From Deltaproteobacteria bacterium (GTDB taxonomy: Bacteria; BMS3Abin14): a stretch of DNA of 64,000 nucleotides. Under the pieces are notes generated by a model. That model ran no database searches. It was given only the letters and a program-made list of their open reading frames with translations, and was not told the DNA's origin. The position numbers were made by a program, and so were the translations under genes. Position 1 is the first letter of the stretch. Each line of letters begins with the position of its first letter. The stretch lies in NCBI GenBank assembly GCA_013151915.1, contig JAADHJ010000006.1, positions 65,404 to 129,403 on the forward strand, read 5' to 3'. Positions 1 to 9,008 of the stretch are shown here, one piece after another.

Positions 1-272
1 CTGCCATGGAGGTCATCAACGGCCGCGCGGACGCCTTCGTGTATGATCTGCCATACTGCGCGGTGTTCTTCGCCCAGAAGGGCCAGGGAAAGCTGGTATT
101 CCTTGACAAACCTTTCACCTTCGAACCCCTTGGATGGGCGGTCAAGAAGGGCGATCCGGATTTTCTCAACTGGCTGAACAATTTCCTGCGCCAGGTCAAG
201 GGAGACGGCCGCTACGACAAGATCTACAAGAAGTGGATCACCGGCACGACCTGGTTGAAGACCGTTCAATAG
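1..272 (+). CDS. polar amino-acid ABC transporter substrate-binding protein (C-terminal fragment; gene starts before window)
   Basis: ORF 6..272 in frame from the window edge. The C-terminal motifs (FVYDLPY..., KKGDPDF, GRYDKIYKKW) are typical of ArtJ/GlnH-type periplasmic binding proteins. It is followed by a cognate permease and ATPase. Confidence 0.7.
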   Translation, partial: AMEVINGRADAFVYDLPYCAVFFAQKGQGKLVFLDKPFTFEPLGWAVKKGDPDFLNWLNNFLRQVKGDGRYDKIYKKWITGTTWLKTVQ

Positions 273-444
273 GACAGTGCGCGCGAAAACGCGGGTTATA
301 TCATTATTCAGGCTTCACCTGCCGTTTTCGCTTTTTCCATGCATATGGATATATTTGCTGATTGATGATTTTCCGGTTTTCGGGGGGGCAATGCCCCCCT
401 GAAACCATTTTCAACCTTAATATAGCCAGAGAGGAAAGCCCCTG

Positions 445-1428
445 TTGAACACCCTTAAGCGCCTGTCCCGTGATATAAGGGTTCGCCATAGCCTCTCCTG
501 GAGTCTTCTCGTCCTCATCCTCCTCGGTATTATCCTCGTAATCGGAAGAGCCACAAAGAAGATCGATTACATCTGGCAATGGCAGCGAATGCCACGATAC
601 ATCCTTTTCAAGGAACAGATAGATATTACGGCGGAGGATCCGGGCACGATTTCCTCCATCAGGAATGATGGAAAGGACAAAGTGGTCATCCTGCGCACTT
701 TCGACGGAAAGGACGAAACATACCGAATCCCCGCCGGGATAGTACAGGTTTACGAGGGCGATGATCTGGATTCAGGGGATATCATCGGGTCATACAAAAA
801 ATGGGCGGTCGGGATTCTTCTCATCGGCCTATGGCTCACCCTTAAGATGTCCTTCATTTCGGTTATTCTGGCGGTGTTCATCGGGCTCATCACAGGTCTT
901 GCACGGATATCCTCCAGCCCCGCGCCCAAGTGGCTGGCCATAGGATACATCGAGTTGATCCGTGGAACCCCTCTTCTGGTCCAGCTTTACATCTTTTACT
1001 TCTTTATCGGGCAGCTATTCTCACTGTCCAACGAGGTCGCCGGGATCCTGGCCCTCTCCTTCTTCGCCGGTGCATATGTGGCGGAAATCGTGCGTGCCGG
1101 GATCCAGTCGATTCACAGGGGACAGATGGAGGCCGCCCGATCCCTCGGTATGACCTACCCACAGGCCATGCAGTTTATAATTCTTCCCCAGGCTTTCAAG
1201 CGCATAATGCCGCCCCTCGCCGGCCAGTTCATATCGCTTATCAAGGACTCGTCCCTGGTATCAATCATCGCCATTACGGATCTCACCAAGGCGGGCCGCG
1301 AGATCGCAACCTCAACGTTCAGCCCCTTCGAGGCATTCTTTACCGTCGCGGCCCTTTATCTTGTCCTTACCTTCTCCCTTTCCATGTTCGTCCAGTACCT
1401 CGAGAGGAGGTATGCAACTCATGATTGA
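445..1428 (+). CDS. amino-acid ABC transporter permease (His/Gln/Arg/opine family) with N-terminal extension
   Basis: Multi-TM protein with the conserved EAA loop ([22 protein letters not shown]). It sits between a binding-protein gene and an ATPase gene. Confidence 0.85.
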   Translation: MNTLKRLSRDIRVRHSLSWSLLVLILLGIILVIGRATKKIDYIWQWQRMPRYILFKEQIDITAEDPGTISSIRNDGKDKVVILRTFDGKDETYRIPAGIVQVYEGDDLDSGDIIGSYKKWAVGILLIGLWLTLKMSFISVILAVFIGLITGLARISSSPAPKWLAIGYIELIRGTPLLVQLYIFYFFIGQLFSLSNEVAGILALSFFAGAYVAEIVRAGIQSIHRGQMEAARSLGMTYPQAMQFIILPQAFKRIMPPLAGQFISLIKDSSLVSIIAITDLTKAGREIATSTFSPFEAFFTVAALYLVLTFSLSMFVQYLERRYATHD

Positions 1429-2152
1429 AGTACGAAACGTCTCCAAGACCTTCTACACCACACACCAGGTCAACGCCCTTACCGATGTCTCCATGCAGGT
1501 CGACAGAGGCGAGGTAGTGGTCATCATGGGTCCCTCCGGCTCGGGAAAGAGTACGCTCCTGCGCTGCCTTAACCATCTGGAGACCATTGACGAAGGGGAG
1601 ATTATAATCGACGGAATCACCCTCACCGATTTCATGACCGACATAAACAAGGTCCGTGCGGAAGTGGGCATGGTTTTCCAGAGCTTCAACCTTTTTCCCC
1701 ACATGACGGTAATGAACAACATAACCATCGCCCAGGTAAAGGTCCGGGGCCGATCAACCAGGGAGGCTGAGGAGACCGCCATGAAGCTGCTGGACAAAGT
1801 GGGGATCCCCGAGAAAGCCCCTGTTTACCCCGGCCAACTTTCGGGCGGACAGCAGCAGCGGGTGGCCATCGCGCGGGCGCTTGCCATGCAGCCGAAGATC
1901 ATGCTCTTCGATGAGCCCACCTCGGCCCTGGATCCTGAGATGATAGGTGAGGTTCTGGACGTCATGAAAACTCTGGCACGCGAGGGGAGGACCATGATTT
2001 GCGTTACCCACGAAATGGGTTTCGCGAAGGAGGTGGCCGACAGGACCATCTTCATGGACGAGGGAAAAATCGTGGAGGTGGGAACTCCTCAGGACATATT
2101 CAACAATCCGCAGAACGAACGTACGAAGCTGTTCCTTTCCCAGATACTGTAA
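1412..2152 (+). CDS. amino-acid ABC transporter ATP-binding protein
   Basis: Walker [13 protein letters not shown] signature [15 protein letters not shown] and Walker [12 protein letters not shown]. An ATG at 1412 is preceded by GAGGAGG and overlaps the permease stop (the ORF track started at 1361). Confidence 0.9.
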   Translation: MQLMIEVRNVSKTFYTTHQVNALTDVSMQVDRGEVVVIMGPSGSGKSTLLRCLNHLETIDEGEIIIDGITLTDFMTDINKVRAEVGMVFQSFNLFPHMTVMNNITIAQVKVRGRSTREAEETAMKLLDKVGIPEKAPVYPGQLSGGQQQRVAIARALAMQPKIMLFDEPTSALDPEMIGEVLDVMKTLAREGRTMICVTHEMGFAKEVADRTIFMDEGKIVEVGTPQDIFNNPQNERTKLFLSQIL

Positions 2153-2157
2153 GGAAA

Positions 2158-2189
2158 CCAGTCCAGAGTCCAGTGTCCAGAGTCCAGAG
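2158..2189. repeat. heptamer tandem array GTCCAGN x4
   Basis: Direct reading gives cc AGTCCAG AGTCCAG TGTCCAG AGTCCAG agg, immediately after the ABC ATPase stop. Confidence 0.8.
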
Positions 2190-2252
2190 GGGAAAGATAG
2201 ACACGGGGACATAAACGCTATGATTTCACGCTCCTCAACGCTAATATAACCG

Positions 2253-2324
2253 TGTGACATTGGGTGGTCTCCTTAGTTTGGTTTCCGCTAAAACTCAAAC
2301 TATCAAGACTTAACCCAATGTCAC
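2253..2324. other. 12-bp perfect inverted repeat (GTGACATTGGGT ... ACCCAATGTCAC) forming a potential long hairpin
   Basis: Both arms read directly from the sequence. The ~48-nt intervening segment contains AAGGAGACC on the minus strand. Confidence 0.7.
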
Positions 2325-2353
2325 CTCTTTTTATGCGTTTCGCTTGAATCCGC

Positions 2354-2420
2354 GACTCTGGACTCCAGCACTCTGGACTCTGCACTCTGGACTATTTTGA
2401 AGACTCTGGACTATTTTGAA
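2354..2420. repeat. inverted-orientation CTGGAC(T) array, including two 19-bp units AGACTCTGGACTATTTTGA
   Basis: This is the reverse complement of the GTCCAGAG array at 2158-2189. It sits just upstream of the flavin reductase start. Confidence 0.8.
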
Positions 2421-2431
2421 ATGAGGCAAAG

Positions 2432-2998
2432 ATGAAAAAACGAACCGTCAAACCTTCAACATTCCTGTGTCCCGTACCCGTTGTCCTGGTGACCTGTCAG
2501 GACAAAGGGGGACGACCGAACATCATCACCATCGCCTGGACGGGCATCATCTGTTCCGACCCGCCCATGGTCAGCATCAGCATCAGGCCAAGCCGGTACT
2601 CCCACGGTATCATCAAGGAGACGGGCCAATTTGTGGTCAATATCCCCCCTGTGGACATTATCAGGAAAGTCGACCTTTGCGGCATCATCTCCGGAAAGGA
2701 CGCGGACAAATTTAAAGAAGCCGGCCTGACCGCGGTCCCGGCCGACAAAGTGTCCCCTCCCCTCATCGAGGAGTGTTCCATCTCCCTGGAGTGCAGCCTC
2801 ACCGAAATAGTCCCACTGGGAATTCACGACATGTTTCTGGGCGAGATCATGGCCACCCACGTAGCCGAGGATGCTTTCGATGACGGTGGAAATATCCGTA
2901 TGGGAAGAATCAATCCCCTGGCCTTTTCACCGCTGGACCATTCCTACAGGGCGCTGGGCGACGCGTTGGGGAGCTACGGGTACAGCCGGAAGGATTGA
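2432..2998 (+). CDS. flavin reductase-like (FMN-binding split-barrel) domain protein
   Basis: The N-terminal CPVPVVLVT...GRPN...IAWTG...PPMVSISIRP pattern is typical of the flavin reductase-like domain. Length is 188 aa. Confidence 0.75.
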   Translation: MKKRTVKPSTFLCPVPVVLVTCQDKGGRPNIITIAWTGIICSDPPMVSISIRPSRYSHGIIKETGQFVVNIPPVDIIRKVDLCGIISGKDADKFKEAGLTAVPADKVSPPLIEECSISLECSLTEIVPLGIHDMFLGEIMATHVAEDAFDDGGNIRMGRINPLAFSPLDHSYRALGDALGSYGYSRKD

Positions 2999-3035
2999 TG
3001 ACTTCGCGTACCTTATTGTGTTAGCATCAATTCGT

Positions 3036-3080
3036 CTCACGCCCGTTCGTCACGCCGCCGGCGTGACGAGCGGGCGTGAG
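3036..3080. terminator. perfect 22+22 bp palindrome (CTCACGCCCGTTCGTCACGCCG/CGGCGTGACGAACGGGCGTGAG) between convergent genes
   Basis: Read directly. It lies between the flavin reductase (+) and MscS (-) 3' ends. No clear U-tract on either strand. A related CCCGTTCGTCACGCC string occurs near 62375. Confidence 0.5.
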
Positions 3081-3122
3081 AAAACAGGTTTCAACGCCAG
3101 GTACTCGTTTTTACGATGATCC

Positions 3123-4217
3123 TCATGACTTTTCTACGAAGAGCGTCTGCGTCGGGTAGGCGAAATCCACACCCTCTTCCTTGAACTTCCGGAAGATAGC
3201 CAGATTGATGGCCTGCTGGATCTCCATATAAATAGTGTAGTCCCTGTCAAGGACGTAGTAAACTATTTCATAGTTCAGGGAAAAATCTCCGTAATTCTTG
3301 AAGTGCGTCCTGTCAAAACGTACATTCTCCTGTGATTGGATGATATCCCTGATCCAGCCGGGGATAGCCTCGAGCTTCCCGGCGGTGGTCTGATAGGTCA
3401 CCCCCAGGGAAAAGACCACCCGTCTTTCGTTCATCCGGCGATAGTTCTGTATCCTGCTGCTCAGAAGATCATTATTGGAAAAGATGAGCTGCTCTCCGGA
3501 TAGGCTCCTGAGCCTGGTGGTCTTGAGACCCACGTGTTCAACCGTCCCCCGCAGCTCACCCACCACAATGAAATCACCGATAACGAAAGGCCTGTCGAAG
3601 ACTATTGAAAGGGAGGCGAAAAGGTCGCTCAGGATGCTCTGGACCGCGAGGGCTACCGCGATGCCGCTAACCCCCAGGCCGGCCACAAGGGCTGTAACCT
3701 TCACCCCGAGATGCTGGAGGGCAAGAAGAAGGATAGCCGCCCACAGGACGGTCCTGACGATGATGGTAATGACCGAGTAGGCTTCCAGGTTCAGCTGTTC
3801 ATCCGCATCGCGCGAAGCGCGACGGGAGATGAAGTAGGAGATGACCCCGTTGCCCCACAGGCCCACCTGAAACGCAAGGGAGACAATTGCCGCGTTGGTG
3901 ATTATCAGTGCCAGCCGACCCGGAAGGATGAGGAAGAGGGATCCGGCGTACAGGGCAAAGACAAAGAAAAAAAGGCGCTTCGTCCTCACCTTCAGGAGGT
4001 CAACGAAAAAATCGTCCAACGTCGTCTCGGTCTTTTCCGCAAGTTTTCCGAGGTACCGGACGACCGCCTTAATGCAAATTCCCAAACCGGCGTAGGCAAT
4101 CAGCAGGACAAAAGCGGCGGTTATCCATCTCCAGACGCTGTTTCCAAGGACGATGGTTTCTAAAAAACTCAGGTAATTCGGCATATTAGTTATCGACCTC
4201 CACAGATTTGAGACCAT
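3123..4217 (-). CDS. mechanosensitive ion channel family protein (MscS-like)
   Basis: N-terminal TM helices plus a C-terminal MscS beta-domain (GTVEHVGLKTTRLRSLSGEQLIFSNNDL). The start may be the downstream Met (MPNYLSF, ~4184) to avoid overlap with otsB. Confidence 0.85.
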   Translation of the reverse strand: MVSNLWRSITNMPNYLSFLETIVLGNSVWRWITAAFVLLIAYAGLGICIKAVVRYLGKLAEKTETTLDDFFVDLLKVRTKRLFFFVFALYAGSLFLILPGRLALIITNAAIVSLAFQVGLWGNGVISYFISRRASRDADEQLNLEAYSVITIIVRTVLWAAILLLALQHLGVKVTALVAGLGVSGIAVALAVQSILSDLFASLSIVFDRPFVIGDFIVVGELRGTVEHVGLKTTRLRSLSGEQLIFSNNDLLSSRIQNYRRMNERRVVFSLGVTYQTTAGKLEAIPGWIRDIIQSQENVRFDRTHFKNYGDFSLNYEIVYYVLDRDYTIYMEIQQAINLAIFRKFKEEGVDFAYPTQTLFVEKS

Positions 4218-4981
4218 TTTTTGAGGAATTCAAGGAGCTGGACCGGGGGTCTGACCCAAGCCTGCGCGTCAGTGGGCCTCCACTCTGCCCTGGCCAGCAC
4301 GCCCAACCCCCGGCCTTTAATCGCCTGAAATGCGTCCTCGTCGGAGAGACCATCCCCAAGGTAGGCCGATACGGCGTCAGCCCCGGCCTCGTCAAGCACC
4401 GTTCTGACGGCATTTCCCTTGTCGTGGCCCGGGGGCCTCAGTTCGATCCCACCGTAGAAATCGTTAAGGACCAGGCCCCTTCGCCGGGCAATACGAAACC
4501 ACGCCTTTCTGGCATTTGCACTCATTTCATCGGATATGCCGACGGCCCCGGCAAAGTGGAGGGCCACACAGCCGGGTTTCCGTTCGCTTATCTCCCCTAT
4601 CCCGGCATCTCTGGCCCACTCATCGGCCTCGATGAACCCCCTCATTTCCTCCTCCAGGATATCGCCGGTGGTCAGGTGCCCATTCGAAAGAAGCCGTTCC
4701 ATACCATGACAGCCCCATATTTCAGGGAAGGGGTCAAGACCCAGAAGCCGGACCAGATCCATAATCCCGCGCCCGCTTATAATAACAAGGCGACAACGCC
4801 CACTGTCAATGATGGCGCCCAATTCCTCTCTGACGCCTTCATAGGGAAATGCCTTTCTTCTGTCGACGTCCAGGGGTGCCAGGGTCCCGTCATAATCCAG
4901 CATCAGGACCCGCTTGTCATGCTCTGCCGCCTCCAGGGCCTCCCATAGACTGTCTATTTGCTCGTGCCCCTCCCTGTTCAA
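4190..4981 (-). CDS. otsB: trehalose-6-phosphate phosphatase (HAD-IIB)
   Basis: HAD motif I LMLDYDGTL, plus GHDKG...DGLSDEDAF, matches T6PP family motifs. Confidence 0.75.
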   Translation of the reverse strand: MNREGHEQIDSLWEALEAAEHDKRVLMLDYDGTLAPLDVDRRKAFPYEGVREELGAIIDSGRCRLVIISGRGIMDLVRLLGLDPFPEIWGCHGMERLLSNGHLTTGDILEEEMRGFIEADEWARDAGIGEISERKPGCVALHFAGAVGISDEMSANARKAWFRIARRRGLVLNDFYGGIELRPPGHDKGNAVRTVLDEAGADAVSAYLGDGLSDEDAFQAIKGRGLGVLARAEWRPTDAQAWVRPPVQLLEFLKKWSQICGGR

Positions 4982-5019
4982 ACGGCTTCCTCCGGAAAAT
5001 TACCACCCACCTCATTTTT

Positions 5020-5448
5020 TGGTTCATCCTGGAAATGAGTACCTGAAGGATGACCAGATTTTGTGAAAAGCTAACTTAACACAGGGTGCACAGAGTTTCA
5101 CAGGGTAACACAGGGTTTATTCAAAACAAGTTAACGAGGTTTCGCGAAGTTTAAAACCAGGACCTTGTGGTTTTCAGACCTCCTCTGCCTGCCAAGCCGA
5201 CTTGTCAGCCATAGCTTTAGCGACGGCTGAAGCTTTACGCAAAGGCTGGTTAAACCCTCCTTTAAAACCCTGCCTGTCCTGAGCTTGCCGAAGGGCGGTA
5301 CAGCCTGCAAATCACGCCATCGGCGTGACCGTGGTAAATCAGCTCTTGACCTTTTCAGCTCCGCCCGGGATTGCCGCGCCTACGGTTTCACTCGGGCTCG
5401 CAATGACAGCAAAATAATAATAAAGGTACGCATTAACCGGATGAACCC
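5020..5448. mobile_element. MITE-like non-autonomous element, family A, copy 1 (~429 bp)
   Basis: Terminal inverted repeats GGTTCATCCTGGAAATGAGTACC (5021-5043) and GGTACGCATTAACCGGATGAACC (5425-5447). There is no ORF inside. Flanking CATTTTTT / CATGTTTT is a possible 8-bp target duplication. Homologous copies lie at 42759, 60680 and 62472. Confidence 0.7.
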
Positions 5449-5660
5449 ATGTTTTAAACATACCATCCAATTTACTTTTGGGTGATTCTGGAAGTATTGG
5501 TCATTATTCAATAGCCGTCAAGATGTACCTGTGTACCTTTTTCGGCCCTTGCCCAAAAAAGGATGATTATGTATCTTTTCTCCGTACCATCACGATAACG
5601 CATATCAGCGATCAGCATTACTCATGGCGCTGTTTGCGAAAGGACAAATTGGAGGAAATG

Positions 5661-7676
5661 ATGGCTAAGATAAAAACCAGGCAAGGTTTCGAAGATGAAA
5701 TGCGGCACCGGATGGGAAACCAGATCATCACCAACGCCCTTAAGGGGGGCCTTATCGGCATCTGTGCTCCTGTAGGATGGCTGGCCATTGACATCCTCTT
5801 TTTCAGACCCCACGGATCCCCCCTGTCGGTGTATCTGGCGGATCAGATCGTGGGAGACATTCGCACCCTTTCCACCCTCCTTTACATGCTCCTCGGCACA
5901 TCCCTGGCAATGGGGATATTCGGCGCCCTCATCGGGAAGAAAAATATGAAGCTGCTGAATGAAGAGAGAAAAATGTCCGACACCAACAAACTTTTCATCC
6001 AGAAGGAGGAACAGTTCGAGCAGCGGCTTTTCAACCTCCAGAACAGAATGCGGGGCATTACCAAGGTCAGCGCCTCTATCCAGCGCTCTGCGGATCTCAA
6101 AGCGGTTTTCCGCCTGTGTGCCGATGGAATTCACGATGTGCTGAACTTTGACAGGGTTAACATCTTCCTTGTGAACAAGAAGACCGGCATGCTCGAATGT
6201 CAGGAGACAAGGGGCAACCTGAACGAAGCTATCGCGGACATTCAGGTCCCCTTGAACGAGGCGGGTGGTATCCTTAATCTCACAATCAAGAATGACCGTC
6301 CATATGTCGTGAGGGGGTCGGAGGAGATGAAGCCCGAGTACATCCTTCAACACCCCTACGACCTCATAAAGGCGATCAGATCCGTATCTTTCATGCTCAT
6401 TCCTTTTCACGACGGCGACGAACCGGTAGGTCTGTTCGCCGTTGACAACAAGTTCAAAAAAACGGCCATCCACGACGAGGAGGTTGACATCATCAGGGTT
6501 CTGGCGGATCAGACCTCGGTAGCCATCTCCAACATCAGGCTTATTCAGGGGATCAGACGTATGGATTACCTTATGAGCCAAGCGTTTAAAACCATAAAGG
6601 ACAGGAGGGAGCGATACGCGCAGGAGACCCAGAAATTAGCCCTCGCCACCACCAGTTTCAGGAAATCCGCCGACACCATGACCATGGATGCGGAGGAGAT
6701 GCTGACGGCCTCGGACCAGGAGATGAAAGTGGCCGAGGATTTCGACCGGGCTGGAGTTGAAGTGGCCGACCAGATGGATGACCTGACATCCTCCATGGAG
6801 GAAATAACGCAGGTGGTCCGGAACATGGGGGAAACCCTGCAGGACATCCGGACGAGGGCCGAAGAATCGGCCCTTGCGGACGAACGGGTAAAAGAAGAGG
6901 TGTCGTCCGGAGAGAAGGTCTTCAAGGAAGCCAGTAAGGAGATCGAGAACCTTGACCGATCGACGGACGTTTTCTTCAAGACCATGGAGGATTTGGCGGC
7001 CGGATCAGTGGACGTCAGGGATATGGTCAAGGTCATAGACGACGTGATGGATCAGACCAAGCTCCTGGCCCTGAATGCCTCCATTATCGCAGCCCAGGCG
7101 GGAACCCATGGAAGAAGCTTCGCCGTCGTAGCCGAGGAGATCGGGAAACTTTCCAGGGATGTCGAGGGCTTCACCGGAAAAATCAAAACCGCCATGGACG
7201 GATTTGAAAATGACCTTCAGGAGCTCATCAGGGGTACGGGAAAGATAAAGACTGAGGTAGGTACCGCCGTTGATAATTCCAGAAAGATGGAGGGCATTTT
7301 TAACAGGATAAGCCAGAGCTTCGAAAAATCCCACGATATCAGTCTTTCCATAAGAGACGAGACCCAGCGTCAGGCGGAATTCACGGTGAGTGTGGTCGAG
7401 ACCTCAGGACAGGTCCAGGCCCTGGCTGCAAACCTCAGGGAAGGGGCCGATCAGTACAGGGCCAAAGCGGATATCATTACCAGGTCGGCCAATAGTATGC
7501 GGGAGATATCAAACAGATTGACCCGCACGGCCAAAAGCAACCAGTCCGAGAGTAAAACTCTGCTTCAGACGGTCAACGACTCCGAGCAGATCTTCGAGAC
7601 ACTCTTCGTAAGTCTCCAGGAGTGGAGGGAGTTGGGAAAGGACCTGCTTAAGGAGCTGGAGACTTTCGGGGTTTAG
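5661..7676 (+). CDS. methyl-accepting chemotaxis protein with cytoplasmic GAF domain
   Basis: Two N-terminal TM helices and a GAF-like region (RVNIFLVNKKTGMLECQE...). The MCP signalling domain has the highly conserved LLALNASIIAAQAGTHGRSFAVVAEEIGKLS. An ATG at 5661 follows GGAGGA; the ORF track extends in frame upstream to 5478. Confidence 0.8.
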   Translation: MAKIKTRQGFEDEMRHRMGNQIITNALKGGLIGICAPVGWLAIDILFFRPHGSPLSVYLADQIVGDIRTLSTLLYMLLGTSLAMGIFGALIGKKNMKLLNEERKMSDTNKLFIQKEEQFEQRLFNLQNRMRGITKVSASIQRSADLKAVFRLCADGIHDVLNFDRVNIFLVNKKTGMLECQETRGNLNEAIADIQVPLNEAGGILNLTIKNDRPYVVRGSEEMKPEYILQHPYDLIKAIRSVSFMLIPFHDGDEPVGLFAVDNKFKKTAIHDEEVDIIRVLADQTSVAISNIRLIQGIRRMDYLMSQAFKTIKDRRERYAQETQKLALATTSFRKSADTMTMDAEEMLTASDQEMKVAEDFDRAGVEVADQMDDLTSSMEEITQVVRNMGETLQDIRTRAEESALADERVKEEVSSGEKVFKEASKEIENLDRSTDVFFKTMEDLAAGSVDVRDMVKVIDDVMDQTKLLALNASIIAAQAGTHGRSFAVVAEEIGKLSRDVEGFTGKIKTAMDGFENDLQELIRGTGKIKTEVGTAVDNSRKMEGIFNRISQSFEKSHDISLSIRDETQRQAEFTVSVVETSGQVQALAANLREGADQYRAKADIITRSANSMREISNRLTRTAKSNQSESKTLLQTVNDSEQIFETLFVSLQEWRELGKDLLKELETFGV

Positions 7677-7678
7677 CC

Positions 7679-9004
7679 CTACCCTCTACCTCCCTCCCCC
7701 CGTCCACGCCGGAACCTCAATCGTATGGGGTTTCCGGCGAAGCCGGCCTCTTCCCTGATCCGCCCCTCAAGGTATTTCACATAGTTCTCCCTGATCTCGC
7801 CGGGACGATTTGTGAAGATAAGGAAGGTAGGTGGATGGGTCAAAGTCTGGGTAGCGTAGTAAAAGCGGACCCGCCTGCCCCTTACCAGAGGGGGCTGGTG
7901 ACGCTCAACAGCCCTTACCAAAAGGTCGTTCAGCTCCCTTGTGGGGATCTTTTTCCCGGCTTCCCCGTAGACGGTTTCCACCGCATCAAAGATCCTCCCG
8001 ACCCGCATCCCGGTGAGGCTCGACAGGGACACTATGGGTGCATGGTTGAAGAAGAAGAGCTGCTCCCGAATATCCTTGCACATACGGTCGAACGTCATAT
8101 GGTCCTTTTCCATCAGGTCCCATTTGTTTAGAACAACAACCAGCCCTCTGCCGCGATCCTCGGCCAGCCCGGCCAGGCGGATGTCCTGTTCCACCAGGCC
8201 CTCAACGCTGTCAAGGAGAAGGAGGCATACATCACACCTTTCCAGTGCGGATATTGCTCTCATGACCGAATGGCGTTCCATGTCCATCCTGATCCTGCTT
8301 CGCCTGCGCACTCCAGCCGTATCGACAAACAGATAATGTCTTTCCCCATGCTTCAACAGCGTATCGATACTGTCCATGGTTGTGCCGGGGATCTCGGAAA
8401 CAAGCAGCCTCTCCTCTCCCAGGATACGGTTGATCAGGGTGGATTTCCCCGTATTTGGACGTCCGATCACGGCAACCCGTATATCCCATTGCTCCCGGGT
8501 GGTCTCTCCCGCATCCGGCAGGTCCAAAACAACCTTCTCCAACAGTTCAGCCACCCCGGCCCCGTGAAGCGCTGAAACGGGCATCACACTGCCTAACCCC
8601 AGTTCAAAAAACTCCGCGGCTTCCATCTCACGCTTGTCCCCCTCGGACTTGTTGGCGACAACGATGACCGGTTTTTCGGTCCTCCTGAGAACGTCGGCAA
8701 CCTCCATGTCGGCGGGTGTAAGGCCGTCGCGGGTATCCAGAACAAAAAGAATGACGTCCGCTTCTCCTATTGCCAGCATGGCCTGATCCCGGATAAGGGG
8801 AAAAAATCCCTCCTCAACGGTGGGGTCCAGTCCCCCCGTATCCACCAGGGTAAATTCCCTTCCCGTCCACGAGGCGACACCGTAGTTTCTGTCCCTGGTA
8901 ACCCCGGAGGTGTCATCCACGATGGCCTTTCTCCTGCCCAGAATCCGGTTGAACAGGGTTGATTTGCCTACATTGGGACGTCCCACGATGGCTACGACCG
9001 GCAT
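7679..9004 (-). CDS. der: ribosome-biogenesis GTPase Der (EngA), tandem GTPase domains
   Basis: Two G1 motifs (GRPNVGKST and GRPNTGKST) and a C-terminal KH-like domain. Length is 441 aa. Confidence 0.95.
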   Translation of the reverse strand: MPVVAIVGRPNVGKSTLFNRILGRRKAIVDDTSGVTRDRNYGVASWTGREFTLVDTGGLDPTVEEGFFPLIRDQAMLAIGEADVILFVLDTRDGLTPADMEVADVLRRTEKPVIVVANKSEGDKREMEAAEFFELGLGSVMPVSALHGAGVAELLEKVVLDLPDAGETTREQWDIRVAVIGRPNTGKSTLINRILGEERLLVSEIPGTTMDSIDTLLKHGERHYLFVDTAGVRRRSRIRMDMERHSVMRAISALERCDVCLLLLDSVEGLVEQDIRLAGLAEDRGRGLVVVLNKWDLMEKDHMTFDRMCKDIREQLFFFNHAPIVSLSSLTGMRVGRIFDAVETVYGEAGKKIPTRELNDLLVRAVERHQPPLVRGRRVRFYYATQTLTHPPTFLIFTNRPGEIRENYVKYLEGRIREEAGFAGNPIRLRFRRGRGEGGRG

Positions 9005-9008
9005 CTTC

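Noticed and set aside
1754-2260. 168-aa minus-strand ORF starting at the RBS-like AAGGAGACC...ATG inside the 2253-2324 hairpin
   Set aside because: Most of it is antisense to the ABC ATPase gene and has no domain. Only the RBS/start context was kept, as part of the hairpin finding.
5622-6581. 319-aa ORF antisense to the GAF-MCP gene
   Set aside because: It lies entirely within a well-supported gene on the other strand, has no motif, and is a typical high-GC antisense shadow ORF.
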